DNA of 64,000 nucleotides, from positions 60,512,001-60,576,000 of the forward strand of contig NC_043005.1 of the NCBI RefSeq assembly GCF_006345805.1. Reading direction: 5' to 3'. A program made the position numbers and the translations under genes. Source of the stretch: Octopus sinensis. Taxonomy: Eukaryota. This document shows, in pieces, positions 38,609 through 53,168 of this stretch; positions within the stretch are counted from its first letter, which is position 1, and each line of letters begins with the position of its first letter. The notes under the pieces were generated by a model. It did not search any database. It was not told where the DNA came from and saw only the letters and a program-made list of their open reading frames with translations.

Positions 38609-38887
38609 TATATGTATACATACATATATATATATATGTATATATGTATGTATCAATAAAGCACAGTATTTTACAGTATCCTATACATTAAAGAAGATAG
38701 TATAAGGTTACAATTGTTTAAATTATTTTGAAGTCATTACGGGAAAGTAGGACTGCGAAAACGATTTTACTTACAAACAGAAGCTTCCGAAGAGAACGTT
38801 AGCAGGAGTATTCACTATAACAGTGTGCTGTAAAATGCTATAGACATGTCATTACACTTACAAGCAAGAAGATGCTGGGGTTTATAT

Positions 38888-40611
38888 CAGTGATTCCCAA
38901 CGTGGTCCCTGGGGACCACCGGTGGTCCCTAGAGAATTCATAGCAGTAACATAATTGCAGCATCTCAGATTTATGGTGAGAAACTTGTCTAGCCTGCTAT
39001 GATAGCTTGTGCAAATGAGGATCAGGGAAAAGATTCTGCATCTACTCTGAGTATAATTCCACTTTCAAATAACATAATTACAAGAAGACAGGATGAAATT
39101 CCTACTTTTGTTAAGAAGATTGTGGAAATTCTCCAAAAGACAAATTTTTATATCCAGATTAATGATAGCACAATTCATAACCAAGCTATCTTTCTGGTCT
39201 ATGTCGGATTCATCCATGAATATGATATAAGGGAAGAAGTGTTATTCATTAAAATTTGTCTGAAACTACTAACGGAGGAGATATAGACAATGAAGCTATA
39301 CAGCATTTTAATGATAAAAATATTCCATTGACTAATATGATCAAGATTACATCAGATGAAACCGCAGCCATGACTAGAAAAGTTAAAGGTTTCTAGAATG
39401 AAATCGGTTGCTCCTCATATATATATTATATACATTACATTATCTACAGACAGGATTTGGTTGCTAAGGATATTGGAGGACACATGGAAGAAGTACTCAA
39501 CACTGCCATACATGCAATTAACTGTGTTAAATCAAACTCAGTGAATAATAGACTTTTTATTCAATTCTATGAAAATGAAGACTTTAACACCTTATTACTT
39601 CACACAGGAGTAAGATGGTTGTCAAAAGGCCTGAGTCTTGAAAGACTAGTGAATTTGTGAGAACCATTAATCTCATGTTCAAGATTCAGATGACTCATCA
39701 CAACTTCCAGAAGCAAGCTGATATTGCGAAGAAAATTCTGGGAAGAGTTTCTGAATGTAAATCAAAAATATTCTACTTGAATGATACTTTTAAAACAGAG
39801 AATCTGGTTAACTTAGAGCTGCAAGGTACAAAATCAGATTTGATCACTTGGGTATATGGGGAAATAAAAATTTTGGCACAAAGTTTGAAAAATAAATTTA
39901 CATCATTTCAAAATTTTAATACCACTGTTCCTACAACAGAATACATTGCTGCATGCATTTCCCATCTTGAAGGTTTTCATGTTGACTTTAATAAAAGATA
40001 AAATGATTTATTAAAGATGGATTATCCACTCTGGTTTGTAGACCTAGAAAATTATGAGCCAGTCGATGAAAATTTGGAGTTGGTTGAGACTGAGAAAAGC
40101 TGAAGAAGAAGGTGTCTTTGCCTACACAGCGATGAAAGAATCACACCCAAATATTTTCGACATGTAGAAGCAAGCATCATTTCTATCATTTCTTTTCCTA
40201 CTACATGGATGGTGGAATCTGTATTTTCAGCTGTTGTAGATACAGAAAAAGAAATAAATTAGATGTCAACAACAGAGGAATCATCACCCTAAGACTAAAT
40301 GAGTTCATTAAAATTGATTTTGATAGCTTATGTCAGAAACACCAATATCAAGCTAGTCACCAGCTGACTGGACTACAAATGAACGACTTTATGAAAAATG
40401 ATTTTCATATCTTGTGTTTATCTTTGTTTACTAAAACAAATTTGAAATTTAATCTTTTTTTGCTAAAATAAATTTTAAAGTGTAAATAGACTATTTTGTC
40501 TTTTCATTAAGTATTTTAGTGTGAAAATAGAACAGCATAATGTAAAAGTCGAAGTGGTCCCTAGAAATGTTTTGAAGTTAAAAATGGTTTAAAAAGGGTT
40601 GGGAACCACTG
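38888..40611 (+). mobile_element. hAT (Charlie/Buster-like) DNA transposon, internally deleted and decayed
   Basis: TIRs CAGTGATTCCCAAC / GTTGGGAACCACTG; perfect 8-bp TSD GTTTATAT (38880-38887 and 40612-40619); transposase motifs IPLSNNIITRR and LLLHTGVRWLSKG. Confidence 0.93.
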
Positions 40612-41193
40612 GTTTATATAATACATATGAGACTGTTAAAATTCATACAGAGCCATATTATTCATACAAATCCATGAAATAAGTAGAAATATTTCTCAAA
40701 AGAACACACGTATGTAACACAAATCAGAGTAAATCAGATGAACTAAAGGGCTCCATAAACACAAAATTACAACGATCTGCTAATTATTTCTTTCCATATT
40801 ATTACCCCTGTCACTAGTGATGATATACTGTGGAAATGGTAAATAAATATTTGATGACTGCATGAACTAAATGTCAGTGACGGGTATGTACCCAATGAAT
40901 GATATAATTTATGGAAATAAATCATTTTCGTCGACTTCAATTAATGGTCTTGTTGTTTATCGCCAGATTATACTAGCGTTTGTACAGCTGCGTCAATGTT
41001 CTCGTGATCTTTTACAGTTGCGGCGATCTTCTCGTGAGAAGATCGACACAGCTTTACATGCCTAGTTTTAATCTATTATACGTGTTATATTCTAAATTCA
41101 TACTCCACCGAAATTACCTTTGCAGTTAACCCTTTCTAATATGATATAACGTTGCCTCAAAGGTAAAAAAAAGTGTTTCGCTGAATCGGTAGA

Positions 41194-41411
41194 ATATTCT
41201 TTTCTACTCTAGACACAAGGCCTGAAATGTTTAGGGAGGTGGTCAGTCGATTAGATCGACCCCAGTGCGCAACTGGTACTTAAATTATCGATCCAGAAGG
41301 AGGAAAGGCAAAGCCGACTTCGGTGGAATTTGAAATCAGAACATAAAGACACGAAATACTGCAAAGCATTTCGCCCAAGGAGCTAACGCTTTTGCTAGCT
41401 CGCCGACTTAA
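41194..41411 (-). mobile_element. SINE copy
   Basis: Reverse complement of the family consensus (AGTCGATTAGATCGACCCCAGT..GCTAGCTCGCCG). Confidence 0.85.
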
Positions 41412-43906
41412 ATCAGTAGAATATTTGATGAATTACTGTATTTTTGATTACATTCGGATTGTCTAGACGTCTGTGGTAAATTTGTTTAGATCTACTTATC
41501 AATACGGTACTGTGTTAAAATATTCCGGAAGGTAATTGACAGCAAAATATATTTTGTATTCTCCAGACAAAAATTCTTTGAGAAGTAAAGGATGTTTGTC
41601 AAAAATCTTACTCTGCGCTGTTCATCGGCGCGGTGGTGCAGCAACCACTCTCGCTCTCACTTGTAGTTGTGTGTTAAAGGGGATGCGGTTCTGTAATATG
41701 TGACTGCTGATTTCTAATTATTTCTTCATTTTGTGGGTAAATACTATTTGCCATTTCTACATTTATAGGTTTTGCTTATAACGTATTCACTGTTTTCTAT
41801 TTGCAATGTATGAGAAATTTAATATGAGATATTTATTTCCTTGGTATTGAATTCAAACGAAAAGAATCGAATAAAAACTAAGTAATTCAATTGATCAGAA
41901 TATTTGATCCTTTGTTACTATATTCTTGCTCTGTCATCTATCATTCATATCATTAATCCTCAGCGATTTCATGACAAATAGAACCAGTTAGGTTTTATCT
42001 TACATCTTCCTAGAATACTCATGTAAGATAATTTTAAAATTAATTATAATTATAGCGCTCTCTTACATAGAGTACATCTTGTTAATAATGTACACTCGCT
42101 CTCTGTTTACGATTTATTAGTTGTTTATATTTGACTGAAGAATCGTTAATTCGATATCAGATGATTTGAAAAATACTGTAAAGTAATATGGGCTGCAATA
42201 CGATGTTTATAAGTGTGTAAATAGATATTAATACATCTTACTTCACACCACTTGGCGAAGCGATGAAATTCAATGTACTTACGCAAATTTATTTCTAGTA
42301 TCAAAATATATCCCAAGTGCTAGAGTTTAGAGCTTATTCTGTTTCACTTTATTCCTTGCTCTATTTTAAAATCATAAAATATGGTTATACATAATATACC
42401 AAACATCAAACAGCTGATTGTTCTCACTGGCCAAGCGGTGTGTGTATGTGTATTTGTCTCGCTGTTGCATGCTGGTCTATATGGTCTAACTCTCCACTAT
42501 GGATGATTCTTCGATCATTGATTGACCACGGAATATATGATCACATGGCTCGAAAGATGTTGGCAATTAAATGTAATTTATGGAAGTTACAAAAATATCT
42601 GTACTTAATTTCTCACTCCCTCTCTCCTTCTCTCTTTCTTCCTCTCTCTCTATTTATGTTTGCCATAAAATAGCAGGAGGTATGAGAGGCGGATATATCA
42701 ATTCAAGCATTTCTCATCCTTAGCTTTACGGCAGTTTCTCAGATTTCATGTAACAATACTTTCAGAGCATAATGAAGTATGTTTACATGTTTAAACTAAT
42801 ATGCATGCTACGGATTACACAATGCAATGTTATACTTACAAATCGATGCAGATACAGGAAGGTAACTGATCAGATCACTAGAATATCATGGTCACACAAA
42901 TGATCCGACATATAATTTTTTTTCTGTATATACAATGAATGAAAGACGGAGACTAGATAAAATTAGTCAATTATGGACTGTAACACAAACGATATATTGT
43001 TTCATATTTGTTTTCATTACAGACACCACTAGTAAGTTATCTAATTATACCTACTATTGTTTCATTGCTACCACACTCAAAGTATTTCATTGGAATCAAA
43101 ACTCATTGACATATTTATGTCATTAAATCTTTAAATGAACAGAACTTTCACATTCCATCCGACGCTTATCTGCATCATTGAAGCAGTACTGAGTTATCAT
43201 TACAAATAGTTAAATAAAAACATATCAATAGTCTATAGCTTGTTTTTTTTAATTAATATTTATAAAAGTCTTATTTACTCGTTAAAATTGTATTTATTAG
43301 CATGAACATTATGAAAACGCTAACTATAGTCAAAACATTTACGTACATAATAATATATGACCAATTATGCAAGCAAAACTGAAATCAATGTATATCATCG
43401 ATAAAAGTATACCCATATTTCTTTTAGGAATTAATAGACATTACTAATATGTTTGCCTGTAAGTTCGTTCATTGCAACCGCAAACAAGAAGCATTTGCCA
43501 AATTCGAATTAAGTCAAGATAGCAGGAAAGCAAGGCTAAAAATCCTTATGTTAACTACTTTGTTCGTTCAAAAAACCATGTAAATGCAGACGATAAGAGT
43601 CATATTTTCCAGAAAAATGTATTCGCATTAGCGCTTTACGAATTTTTCTATATATTCTAAGCTTCAAAGAAGAAAATGAACTGGATTAGTAAAAACTGCC
43701 GAAATATGAATGATTATTTACTTCATAGCTGTTTTAATACGCCAAATTTTATTTTTCTGGTTTAATATAGAGTTCAATTGAAACTTTTGGCTCTCGGATC
43801 TCATACGATTAAGGTCTTAAAACAGAGTCCAAATAAACTAAGAAACCGCATTATAATGATAGGTATTAAAAAATTCTAGAGGAAAAATGTATTAAAGATT
43901 TTAACG

Positions 43907-44260
43907 TTGCTACTGCTGCTGTTGTTCATGTTGTCCTCACCACCACCACCACTACAACTACCATCAACATTATCATCGACATCGTCATCACCAACGCCAT
44001 GGTCGTCATCAGCGTGGTCGTGGTGGTCGTCGTCGTTTAACGTTGTTATCATCACCATCACGACCACCAGCACCACTATCATGATCATGATCATGGTCAT
44101 GGTGATGATGATGATGATCATCATCATCATCATCACAACCACCATTATAATCATTATCATCATCATCACCATCATTGTCGTCGTCTCCACTATCATCGTC
44201 ATCATTATCGTCATCATCATCATCGTCGTCGTCATTGTCGTCGCCGTCGTTGTCATCATA
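43907..44260. repeat. Degenerate trinucleotide repeat (CAT/CAC/CGT/GAT)
   Basis: Direct inspection; source of the poly-D/H/I ORFs. Confidence 0.9.
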
Positions 44261-44726
44261 GTTAACCAGAGAAACTACAGCAGCAGTAATCCGTTGGTAC
44301 ATTTCCTGTTGTTGAAGTAGTATTTGCAGTAAGAACGTGGATACTTGCTTTTATGAATACCTAAACAGATCTTCATCGATATTGTTCTTATACCACCTAT
44401 TCACAATTTTTATTTCTAAAAAAAATTTCGCACACATTTTGTATACCGTTTGCAGCAGCTGCTCCTGTCCCCCAAACTTTCTGGGAATAAATCCTATCAC
44501 TCGCTTATTTTTAACACATGCAAAACCAATATTTAATAATATTCTAACGTCATGTTTTACAATAATACTGTTCCAGTGTAAATTCCCTTGATGTAATATC
44601 ATATAATCGCTTTTACCATTTCACGATTTCGATTTTAACAAAAAAATACGTAAGACAATATACATCTACAATGTTACGTAGATACACTCACTCAACCACA
44701 GAGGAACACACATATATATATATATG

Positions 44727-44815
<89 letters not shown>

Positions 44816-46008
44816 CTACATATATATATATATATGTATGTATATATGTATATATATATACATATATATACAGTATTTTTCCACAATGTATCAAAACAGA
44901 ACTAGATTTTAGAAAAAAGCATTCCGCATAATTTTTGCGCTGGAAACATGCGAAAAGTGACATCAGAATGTGAAAATATTGTAATATTTATATTTTTGTT
45001 ATCGCTTGAATACATACAGGATGTAGATTTTACGAGTTTTTTTCCTTTATTGTCAACAAATCTGTACAAAAGAATCACGAACTTTTCACTCAGAGGAATA
45101 CAATTTTCTGAGTTCTTTGTGAAAGACTGAGAAAGAAATCCGCTAGTATTATGTATTATGTTGTTAAGCTACGATGGTAGTGATAGCAAAATAGAATGCA
45201 TCCAAGCTAGAAATGCATGTCCGCATATACATACACGCGCACACACACGCACGCACGCACACATACAAGCACACAATGCATGCATGCCCATATACATATT
45301 TGAACACACGCATATATTTGTACGTATCTATGTATGTATATATGCATGCATGTATGCATGTATTTATGTATATATAGTTTTATTTATTTTTGTGCCATAC
45401 TTACAACACACTCTTTAAATCGATGTAGTTATATCATAAATTACTATGATATTCTGCAAAGTAAGCTAAGACATGCAAATGTTCATGTATACGCATATAG
45501 GAACACACTTATATACATATATACATACATATTTGTTTACAAACAAAAGAAAATGTATTGAATACTTTGTGTATAATGTATAGCTAAAAGTTCTCAAGTT
45601 TTCAGGTGATGAAGTTAAATATTACCTCTCAGAGTTTTCAGCTCATGTGATTTTAAATGCTGCCTCATTTCTGCAATAACTTGGAAGATCAAACATCATA
45701 AAAGATGCTTTTGTAAGTGATAGAAGCATACTCAGGTGACTGAATATGTTTTTCCATATAGCCGATATATGGAATAATACTGACAGGCTTAAATCGAACA
45801 AGTAAAAGTAGCATTTTAAGAGTATTTCTAATACAAATTTACAATACAATACACATTTATGTATGTATGTATGTATGTATGTATGTATGTATGTATGTAT
45901 GTATGTATGTATGTATGTATGTATGTATGTATGCATGTAGGTATGTGTGTGTATGTATGTATGTGTGTGTATGTTTGTGTGTATGCATGCATGAGTGTAT
46001 GTATGTAT

Positions 46009-47775
46009 TCCAGGATGGAAAAGCACCTGGAAGAGACTTGATAGTTGGATATTGCTACAAGAAGCTACCCTTCTACAGACCATATCTCATCAATCTTTAC
46101 CAGCAAGCTTTCGTTGGAACAGTAGCATACCATACTGGCTAGCTCTCTCAGAGACAAAATTGATCCTCAAATGCAGAACTACCCACACGCAAAAAACTAC
46201 CGGCTAATTACATGCCAGAACTCAATGTATAAAATGTATACAGAATGTTTAAACCTTTTCCTCTAAGACCATTGTAAAACCAATAACATTATCACAGCAG
46301 AACAAGCAGCTTGGAGAAGGGAGTCTGGGGATGTGCCGAGCAATTGCTAATCAACAAAACTGTGATGTCAGAGGTGCGAGAGCATAGCAGGAACCTAGTT
46401 TCAATGTGGTTAATTACAAGAAAGCCTCTGATTTTATTCCCCACTCATGGATGCTAGAAGCCCTTCAATTTGCTAACGTTCCAGTGAGAATAGTCAAAGC
46501 CATAGCTGACCTGACATCATTGTCGGCTACCATATTGAAATTAAACGCAAGGCGTGGTTGTATAAACACTGACAGAATACAATATCGCAAAGACATATTC
46601 CAAGGAAACAGCTTCACTGTGATGTTGTTTATATTTTCTGTAAATCCCTCGTCGTTTATGTTAAGGAAGTCTGAAGGATATCTCACTGATTCACAACGAA
46701 ACAGAAATACCAAATTTACAGTTTATTTGTGAATGACTTGAAACTTTATGCAAAGAATATGCATGAGATGAAAAGAGTTACAATATTCTCAAAGGATGTA
46801 GAGTTGGAGTTTGGTCAGGATTGATGTTGTTATATGGCTGTGAAAAGGGGGAAGATTATAAACGAACTAGCAACATCTCCATCAATGATTTGACTGTTTC
46901 CCTTTATCTGACGAGGAATGTTACATGTATCTAGGGGTGGCTGAAAATATATCTTACAATGGCAGCTGTAGCAAAACAGCCGAATAAAGAAACTGTGGAC
47001 CTCAGAACTCTGCATTCAATAAAAACAGTGATCCACAATTTGCTTGCATAGCCAGTACTTATACCAACATTTGGGCTTCTTGAGTGGACGCTTGATGGGA
47101 TCAGAGCCATTGATGTGAAAACCTGAAAAATACTAAGAACCATACCTAATTCCCACATAAACAGTGATGTAGACCGCCTCTACCTAAAACGTAAACAAGG
47201 CCACATCGATCCAAAATGCCTTCGAATGTCGCGCCAAATTCTTTCGGCAACATATTTTAACCAGCAAGCGTCGTAGTACATCCCTTGACCAAGTTTGCAT
47301 ACATGAGGCTGATAACATCATAAGACTTGGAAGGCAGATGCTTGAGAAATACTCTTTGTCTGATAACCTAGAATATATGCCCAAAAAATTTGCACGACTC
47401 TACCGCAGCGTATCATCGGATGAAAGGATGAGCCTATATGAGATTATGCATGGATATGTTAGTAGAAAGATCCGTGATGATAGTAACATCGATCACCAAA
47501 CCAATTTATCATGGACGAATAACCGGATTACTACTTCCCACTTTGAAGTGTATGTGTTTTCAATCCAGGAACAGGAAATATCAACCAAGTGCCTGATGAT
47601 CAAAAGAGATAGAGATGCGGGAAAAGCAGTAAAATATGACAACCAATGCAGATATTGTGTAGTTCACACTGAAGATTTCATCCACATCATAAGCAGTTGT
47701 ACGAAAATGTCATTACGGTGTTATCTACCGACGAGTCATGGCGTTGTAGCTAGGAAACTCTATAATAACCTATAA
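46009..47775 (+). mobile_element. RLE-type (R4-like) non-LTR retrotransposon, RT to CCHC region, decayed
   Basis: NYRLITCQNSMYK, NYKKASDFIPHSW, DIFQGNSFTVMLF, FVNDLKLY, IQEQEIST, CRYCVVHTEDFIHIISSC. Confidence 0.85.
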
Positions 47776-49245
47776 TCTATAGTAAATTAAACGTATGTAT
47801 TTGGTTTTATTTACGTTTTATTTACTTTTTTTGCAAATCAAATAAAAATTGTTATATGTTTTATCTTATATTAAATCTTTCTATATGTATTTTTTCTAAA
47901 TGGTATAATTTAATTTTTCATTACTGAATTGATAAAAGGTGTTTTTTTTCTAATTTATATATGTATTTTATATTTTGTGAAATTTGATTTATTATTTCTA
48001 AATTGAATTTTCCCTGTAAGTTTGGAATAATATTTCCTCATATTATTATTATTACTATTACATATATATATATATATATATAATTCACACACTGTATATA
48101 TGTGTGTGTTAACATTTGTGTTTACCTATCTCTAAAGATTACTCATTACCCAGGGTAGAGTAATTTTTTCATCTTCATTAGTATTTTACTGCACCTACCT
48201 TACGTTATATATCTTTTAACCAATTCTTTTTCTTTCTTTCTTCACGTTTTCCTCTGTCTGTTAGTTTCGTTTCTCTGCAAATAATCTCTCTTCTACACCA
48301 CGACATGTATTTTATCTGCCCGATGATCCAGTGAATATTCTGGCAAGAATCCTAAGTTGCAAGATTCTTACCCGACCAAATTATGAATATTACGCACATA
48401 TGTGTGTGTGAGCGTGTTTATGTATCTTTGTGTGTGTATATATATGTATATATGCATTATGTTAAGAGAGAACATCACACACATACTAACATGCAAACAT
48501 ATATAACATATCTGATCGTCTTATATTACAGACGCGAGCTATCAATGCAAGTGGGTAGCGTTTATACTAATATGATTATAATTGATACACATTTTTGGCA
48601 GCTCCCGCTCGTTAGTTAGACTGTCTGACGCGCATCTACTATGTGATATTTGGACATTTCTGCTGTCTCTACAAGTATGATAAACTGGATAACTCGAAGG
48701 TGTTCACTGTTTATCTTCCAAAAATTCAAAATGATGTCCTGCTACAGTGAAGAAGAAACCTCTTTAACCATTGCCAAATAACCGAGACCACGACGCTTTA
48801 CAGATACAACGGAAACCCGAATAACTGACGACCTATATGAAAGCACATTTTAAGCTGAATAGAGCTAACTCTATTTACTCAGCTCAAACATCTGAAAATT
48901 AGAAAGTAGGCAGTGTGTCTATGAACAAGTGTGTGACAATAATGAATCTATAAATAGTAGCCGTGAAAACAAACTGCTAATGTGTATGAAAAAATAGATT
49001 TTCTACGTGAAATATTGGATATGCATTCATTTATACATATGCATGTATATGTATGTGTGTACATATACAAAGACAAACACATACACACATGTCTATATCC
49101 ATGGCGTATTTTATGAATATATATCATAGGCAGAGACTCATTTAGTATTCATACACAAAATTCATGTGACACACTTGTCCTTGAAGCAGCTAATTACGAT
49201 CACGTACACAGGCTTATACATGCACACATACATACATACGCACAT

Positions 49246-49314
<69 letters not shown>

Positions 49315-50254
49315 TGTGAGTGTGTTTGTGTGTGTGCGCGCGTGTCTGCATGTATGCATGTGCGTGTCATACACATGCACACATGCGTAAATGCAATCAA
49401 CAGCGATAAGAAATTCAAAAAGTATAAAAGTCTTGCAAGAAATGTTGTAGGTTAACGCCTTAATGAAAAAGGAAAGTACTTAAAATTTCCCAACATTAGC
49501 CCTTCAACAGATCTAAGAGAGAAGCATATGGAAATATGAAACTGGGACATTCAGTTTGAACAAACAAAATGGGCAGTGCGTAGGAAACCAGTTGGTAGTG
49601 CATGATATTCTGTGAAGTAGGCAGTTAAGGAAGATCGAAGGGATTGAGGCATTGATACGAGTATAACAATGTATCCGTGTCTGGAACCAGGCATAAAAAA
49701 TGGCAGTGCATGTTTTTGTATGTGTGTATAAGTCAGTGTGAACTCAAAAATTGATATCAGCTTATAGTTTATTCATTTGTGTAAAGTGTCTGACTCACTT
49801 CGCATTCCAGCCAACATTCGACGATGAGGGTGAGCATATGCGCACTTAATGCAATTAACTGGTAGGATCAATTTGATCAAGTGTGTGACAATAATTTTGA
49901 CGTGAGTTACAATTAGTCTTCTCATTACTCTCAATCGCTTCTCTCCACGTCTGGTGATCTTTGATAACATGCGCATTGAAATTCCTGCCTTAAATGCACT
50001 TAAAGCTACAGTGACATCGTATCAGAAGGATCTGTATTAGGCATCGCTCTTTGGTGCAACAAGCATGGTTGGCCTTCCTTGAGCCTAGGTTTCAGGACGC
50101 CAAATCTCCTACACAGTGGGAGACTCTCTATAACCTAAAGTCAAAGCTGGTAACTAGTATCCTCATCCCCGACCTATGCAAACACATCTGGAAACACACC
50201 GGGATACGCACGCACGGTCACACACACGCGCGTGCACTCACACACTCACACACG

Positions 50255-51190
50255 CACCTTACGGGAGACAAATTAAATCTAATCTCCCACTGCTGTTTCG
50301 TCTAGCCATTGCTAGGAATTTTCCAAACAATTCTAGATATTACTCTATCATCAATTCACATACGGTCAGGATAGGTTTTTCAAACACAAAAAATCTCTTA
50401 CAAATTATCTCTTCACATAATAACAAACTATTAAATATTAATACATTTACTAATACTAACATTAATTTAGCTAATACCATCCAACCCTTTAGAAATGTTA
50501 ATAACAAGGTTATTGTATCTGAAATCAATTCCAATAGAATTAAGTTTATGTGAAGTAACTCTAAGATTGAAAATTCTATATACCAGTGTATAATCAGTAC
50601 TCGTAATAAAGTACGATTTTACATTGGAAGCACATCGTTAGAGTTATCTAAAAGAATTTGTATCCATTACTCAACATTTAGGGATAGAAATAAACGTAAT
50701 AGTACCGGTCTCAGCAAAGTGATTTGGGATTTAAAAGACCACAATGAACAATTTCATTTAGAATTGTTGATTCTCTCAATTTCGATACCTTATGACAAAG
50801 GCAAGGAATTGTCTTCTCTGCAATTCTGAGCTAATGTTCATTATTTTTTCTAAAACTACTCTAGTAAACACGGTTATAGAGCGAGCATATAGATGTAAGC
50901 ATTGGCAAAAACATACATTTAGTGCATATAAGTATAATATATATAATTTAAACTTTAATTTCCTTTATATTTAACATTCACTATTGGTATCCCTACTCTT
51001 TCTGTTAGCTACTTATGACGTTATATCATATAACGTCTTTTTAAACAATATTAATAGCGTTCTGTCAATCGCTATACAAATCCATCCCGAAGAGAAGAAT
51101 GCATTGTTTATACCATTTATTCTTTTGAATAGTATCAGTGGAATTTTCGAAACATGTGTCGAAAGTAAAAATATTTGATTTACACCTGCG
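50255..51190 (+). mobile_element. Penelope-like element 3' part (GIY-YIG endonuclease region plus terminal repeat)
   Basis: NFPNNSRYYSIINSHTVRIGFSNTKNLLQIISSHNNKLL; STGLSKVIWDLKD; LCNSELMFII..RCKHWQK. Confidence 0.8.
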
Positions 51191-51918
51191 TTAAACTCCA
51201 TTTATTTATTCATATATTTGTGTGTATATATGTAACACGTCCAAGTAAAAAGTTCAGCTTTTTTCATGACATTAAAATCATTTCGACAGTTTAATGATGC
51301 TAACTTCAGATCATTAAAACATTATACAACAGAATAATATATTTTGCGAAAACTAGTAAAAATATACAGAATTTATTGTATTGTTTATATTTCTATATCA
51401 TGGAAATTAATATAAGCAAATCTACTCTGTAACACATTTCTATTAATGTGTAAGTAGTATAGAAGAGTAATTACAATTATTATTACAATTTTGTATTTAT
51501 TTATGTGGGAAATCAAAACATGCAGACGAAAATATCTTGTTGATATAATGATGCAACAGATATTTAAATTGTTTGTCTTGGTATAGACAGAAACAACGGT
51601 ATCTGTGTGCATGTGTATATGGGTGTGCGTGTGTGTATAGATGTGTGTGTGTGTGTTTGGTTGAAGTATATATAAAACAGGAGGGACAGATGAGGAAGCA
51701 ACATTCAGGTGTATCAGTTTGACGCTCGGGAAAAATGGAAAAGAGTTTAAACATTTCAGCCTACGCACTTTGACAGACAGAGGCAAGGTAAAAAATAGAG
51801 ATAGAAGAAAGAAGTATGTAGGAATTCATGGTTCTACATGGTTCCACATGTTGAAATGACAGTGGAAGGGTAAATAAAATTGACCTGGCTAAACTGGAGC
51901 TCGCAAACTTAACCCAAA

Positions 51919-51989
<71 letters not shown>

Positions 51990-52078
51990 ATATCTATATA
52001 TCTGTCTATATGTATGTATGTGTATATATATATATATAATGTATGTATGTATGTATGTATATATATATATATATAATA

Positions 52079-52324
52079 TGTGACAGTTATTCAGTAGCCA
52101 TGATAAAACTCTGAGTTTCGGATGTCCGAGCGGAAACCCACGCCGCTATCTCTTCAGTTATCAGGCCATCGAAGAAATGCCGACAAAATGGCGTCGTGGG
52201 TTTTCGCCCCGACATCCGAAACTCGGAGTTTTATTATGGCTACCGAATAATTGTAACAGATAAATTCCTCTATTTACATACTATTGAGATCTCTTTCATT
52301 CTTTTGTTGACTTAACATTTCTAT

Positions 52325-52328
<4 letters not shown>
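52079..52328. mobile_element. Palindromic non-autonomous element in (TA)n with about 70-bp inverted arms
   Basis: 52079-52150 is the reverse complement of 52187-52258 with scattered mismatches. Confidence 0.75.
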
Positions 52329-52365
<37 letters not shown>

Positions 52366-52578
52366 AAAATAGTAAAGAGTGAAAAAACGACAGAAGGTTT
52401 AAATGTTAAAGAATATATATATTTGCGTCAATATGTCTGGAGAATATTGGAAAAATTTTTTTTCCCTCCTTATAATGACATAATTTTATAATTTTTAAAG
52501 AAAGACCGGTTTCGCAGTTAGCTCTTCAAATTTCTTGCGACATATATATATGAAATGTTTTGAACATTCCTCGATACA

Positions 52579-53168
52579 AGGGAAAATCTATAAGGATTTA
52601 AAGTGCACGTGTCTAGGGATACATTAAGCATATAGAGAGAAAACGTATTCGATATATTTTGAATATAACTGTATATATTTCAACCAATTGACTCATAATG
52701 AAAGAGTAGAATATACGTGCGTTAATAATATTGGCATAATAGTCACAAAGTTATATACAAATTATGAACCATGGCTCTAGTTCCCATGATTCACCCAAAC
52801 TTTTATTTCTATCGCTATGGTAGTGTTTTGATTGCCAAATGGAGTTGGTGTGTTTACCTCTCCGTAATAAATAAACATGAAACACAATGCTTTGGATCAG
52901 GAATCGGCGATAGATATATCTTTTGTTGGTAAATATTCAATGGTTATTTAAGTTGATTCTATTGCATTGTACACCTTTAGATAAGTACAATTCACTCGTT
53001 CAGGGTAAAATTGAAGGCAGAACCAACAGTCTACAAGTTACTTTCCTGTCGTTAGTTAAATATGTCTGATTCAATATAGACTTGAAACACTAAATCGAAT
53101 ACGTTTTATCTCTATATGCTTAATGCATCCCTAGACACGTGCACTTTAAATCCTTATAGATTTTCCCT
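52579..53168. repeat. 75-bp inverted repeat pair (52579-52653 and 53094-53168)
   Basis: AGGGAAAATCTATAAGG..CGTATTCGAT and its reverse complement; two mismatches seen. Confidence 0.9.

Noticed and set aside
40885-41062. Candidate N-terminal exon of the channel gene
   Set aside because: Weak splice signals, stops, and no recognisable motif.
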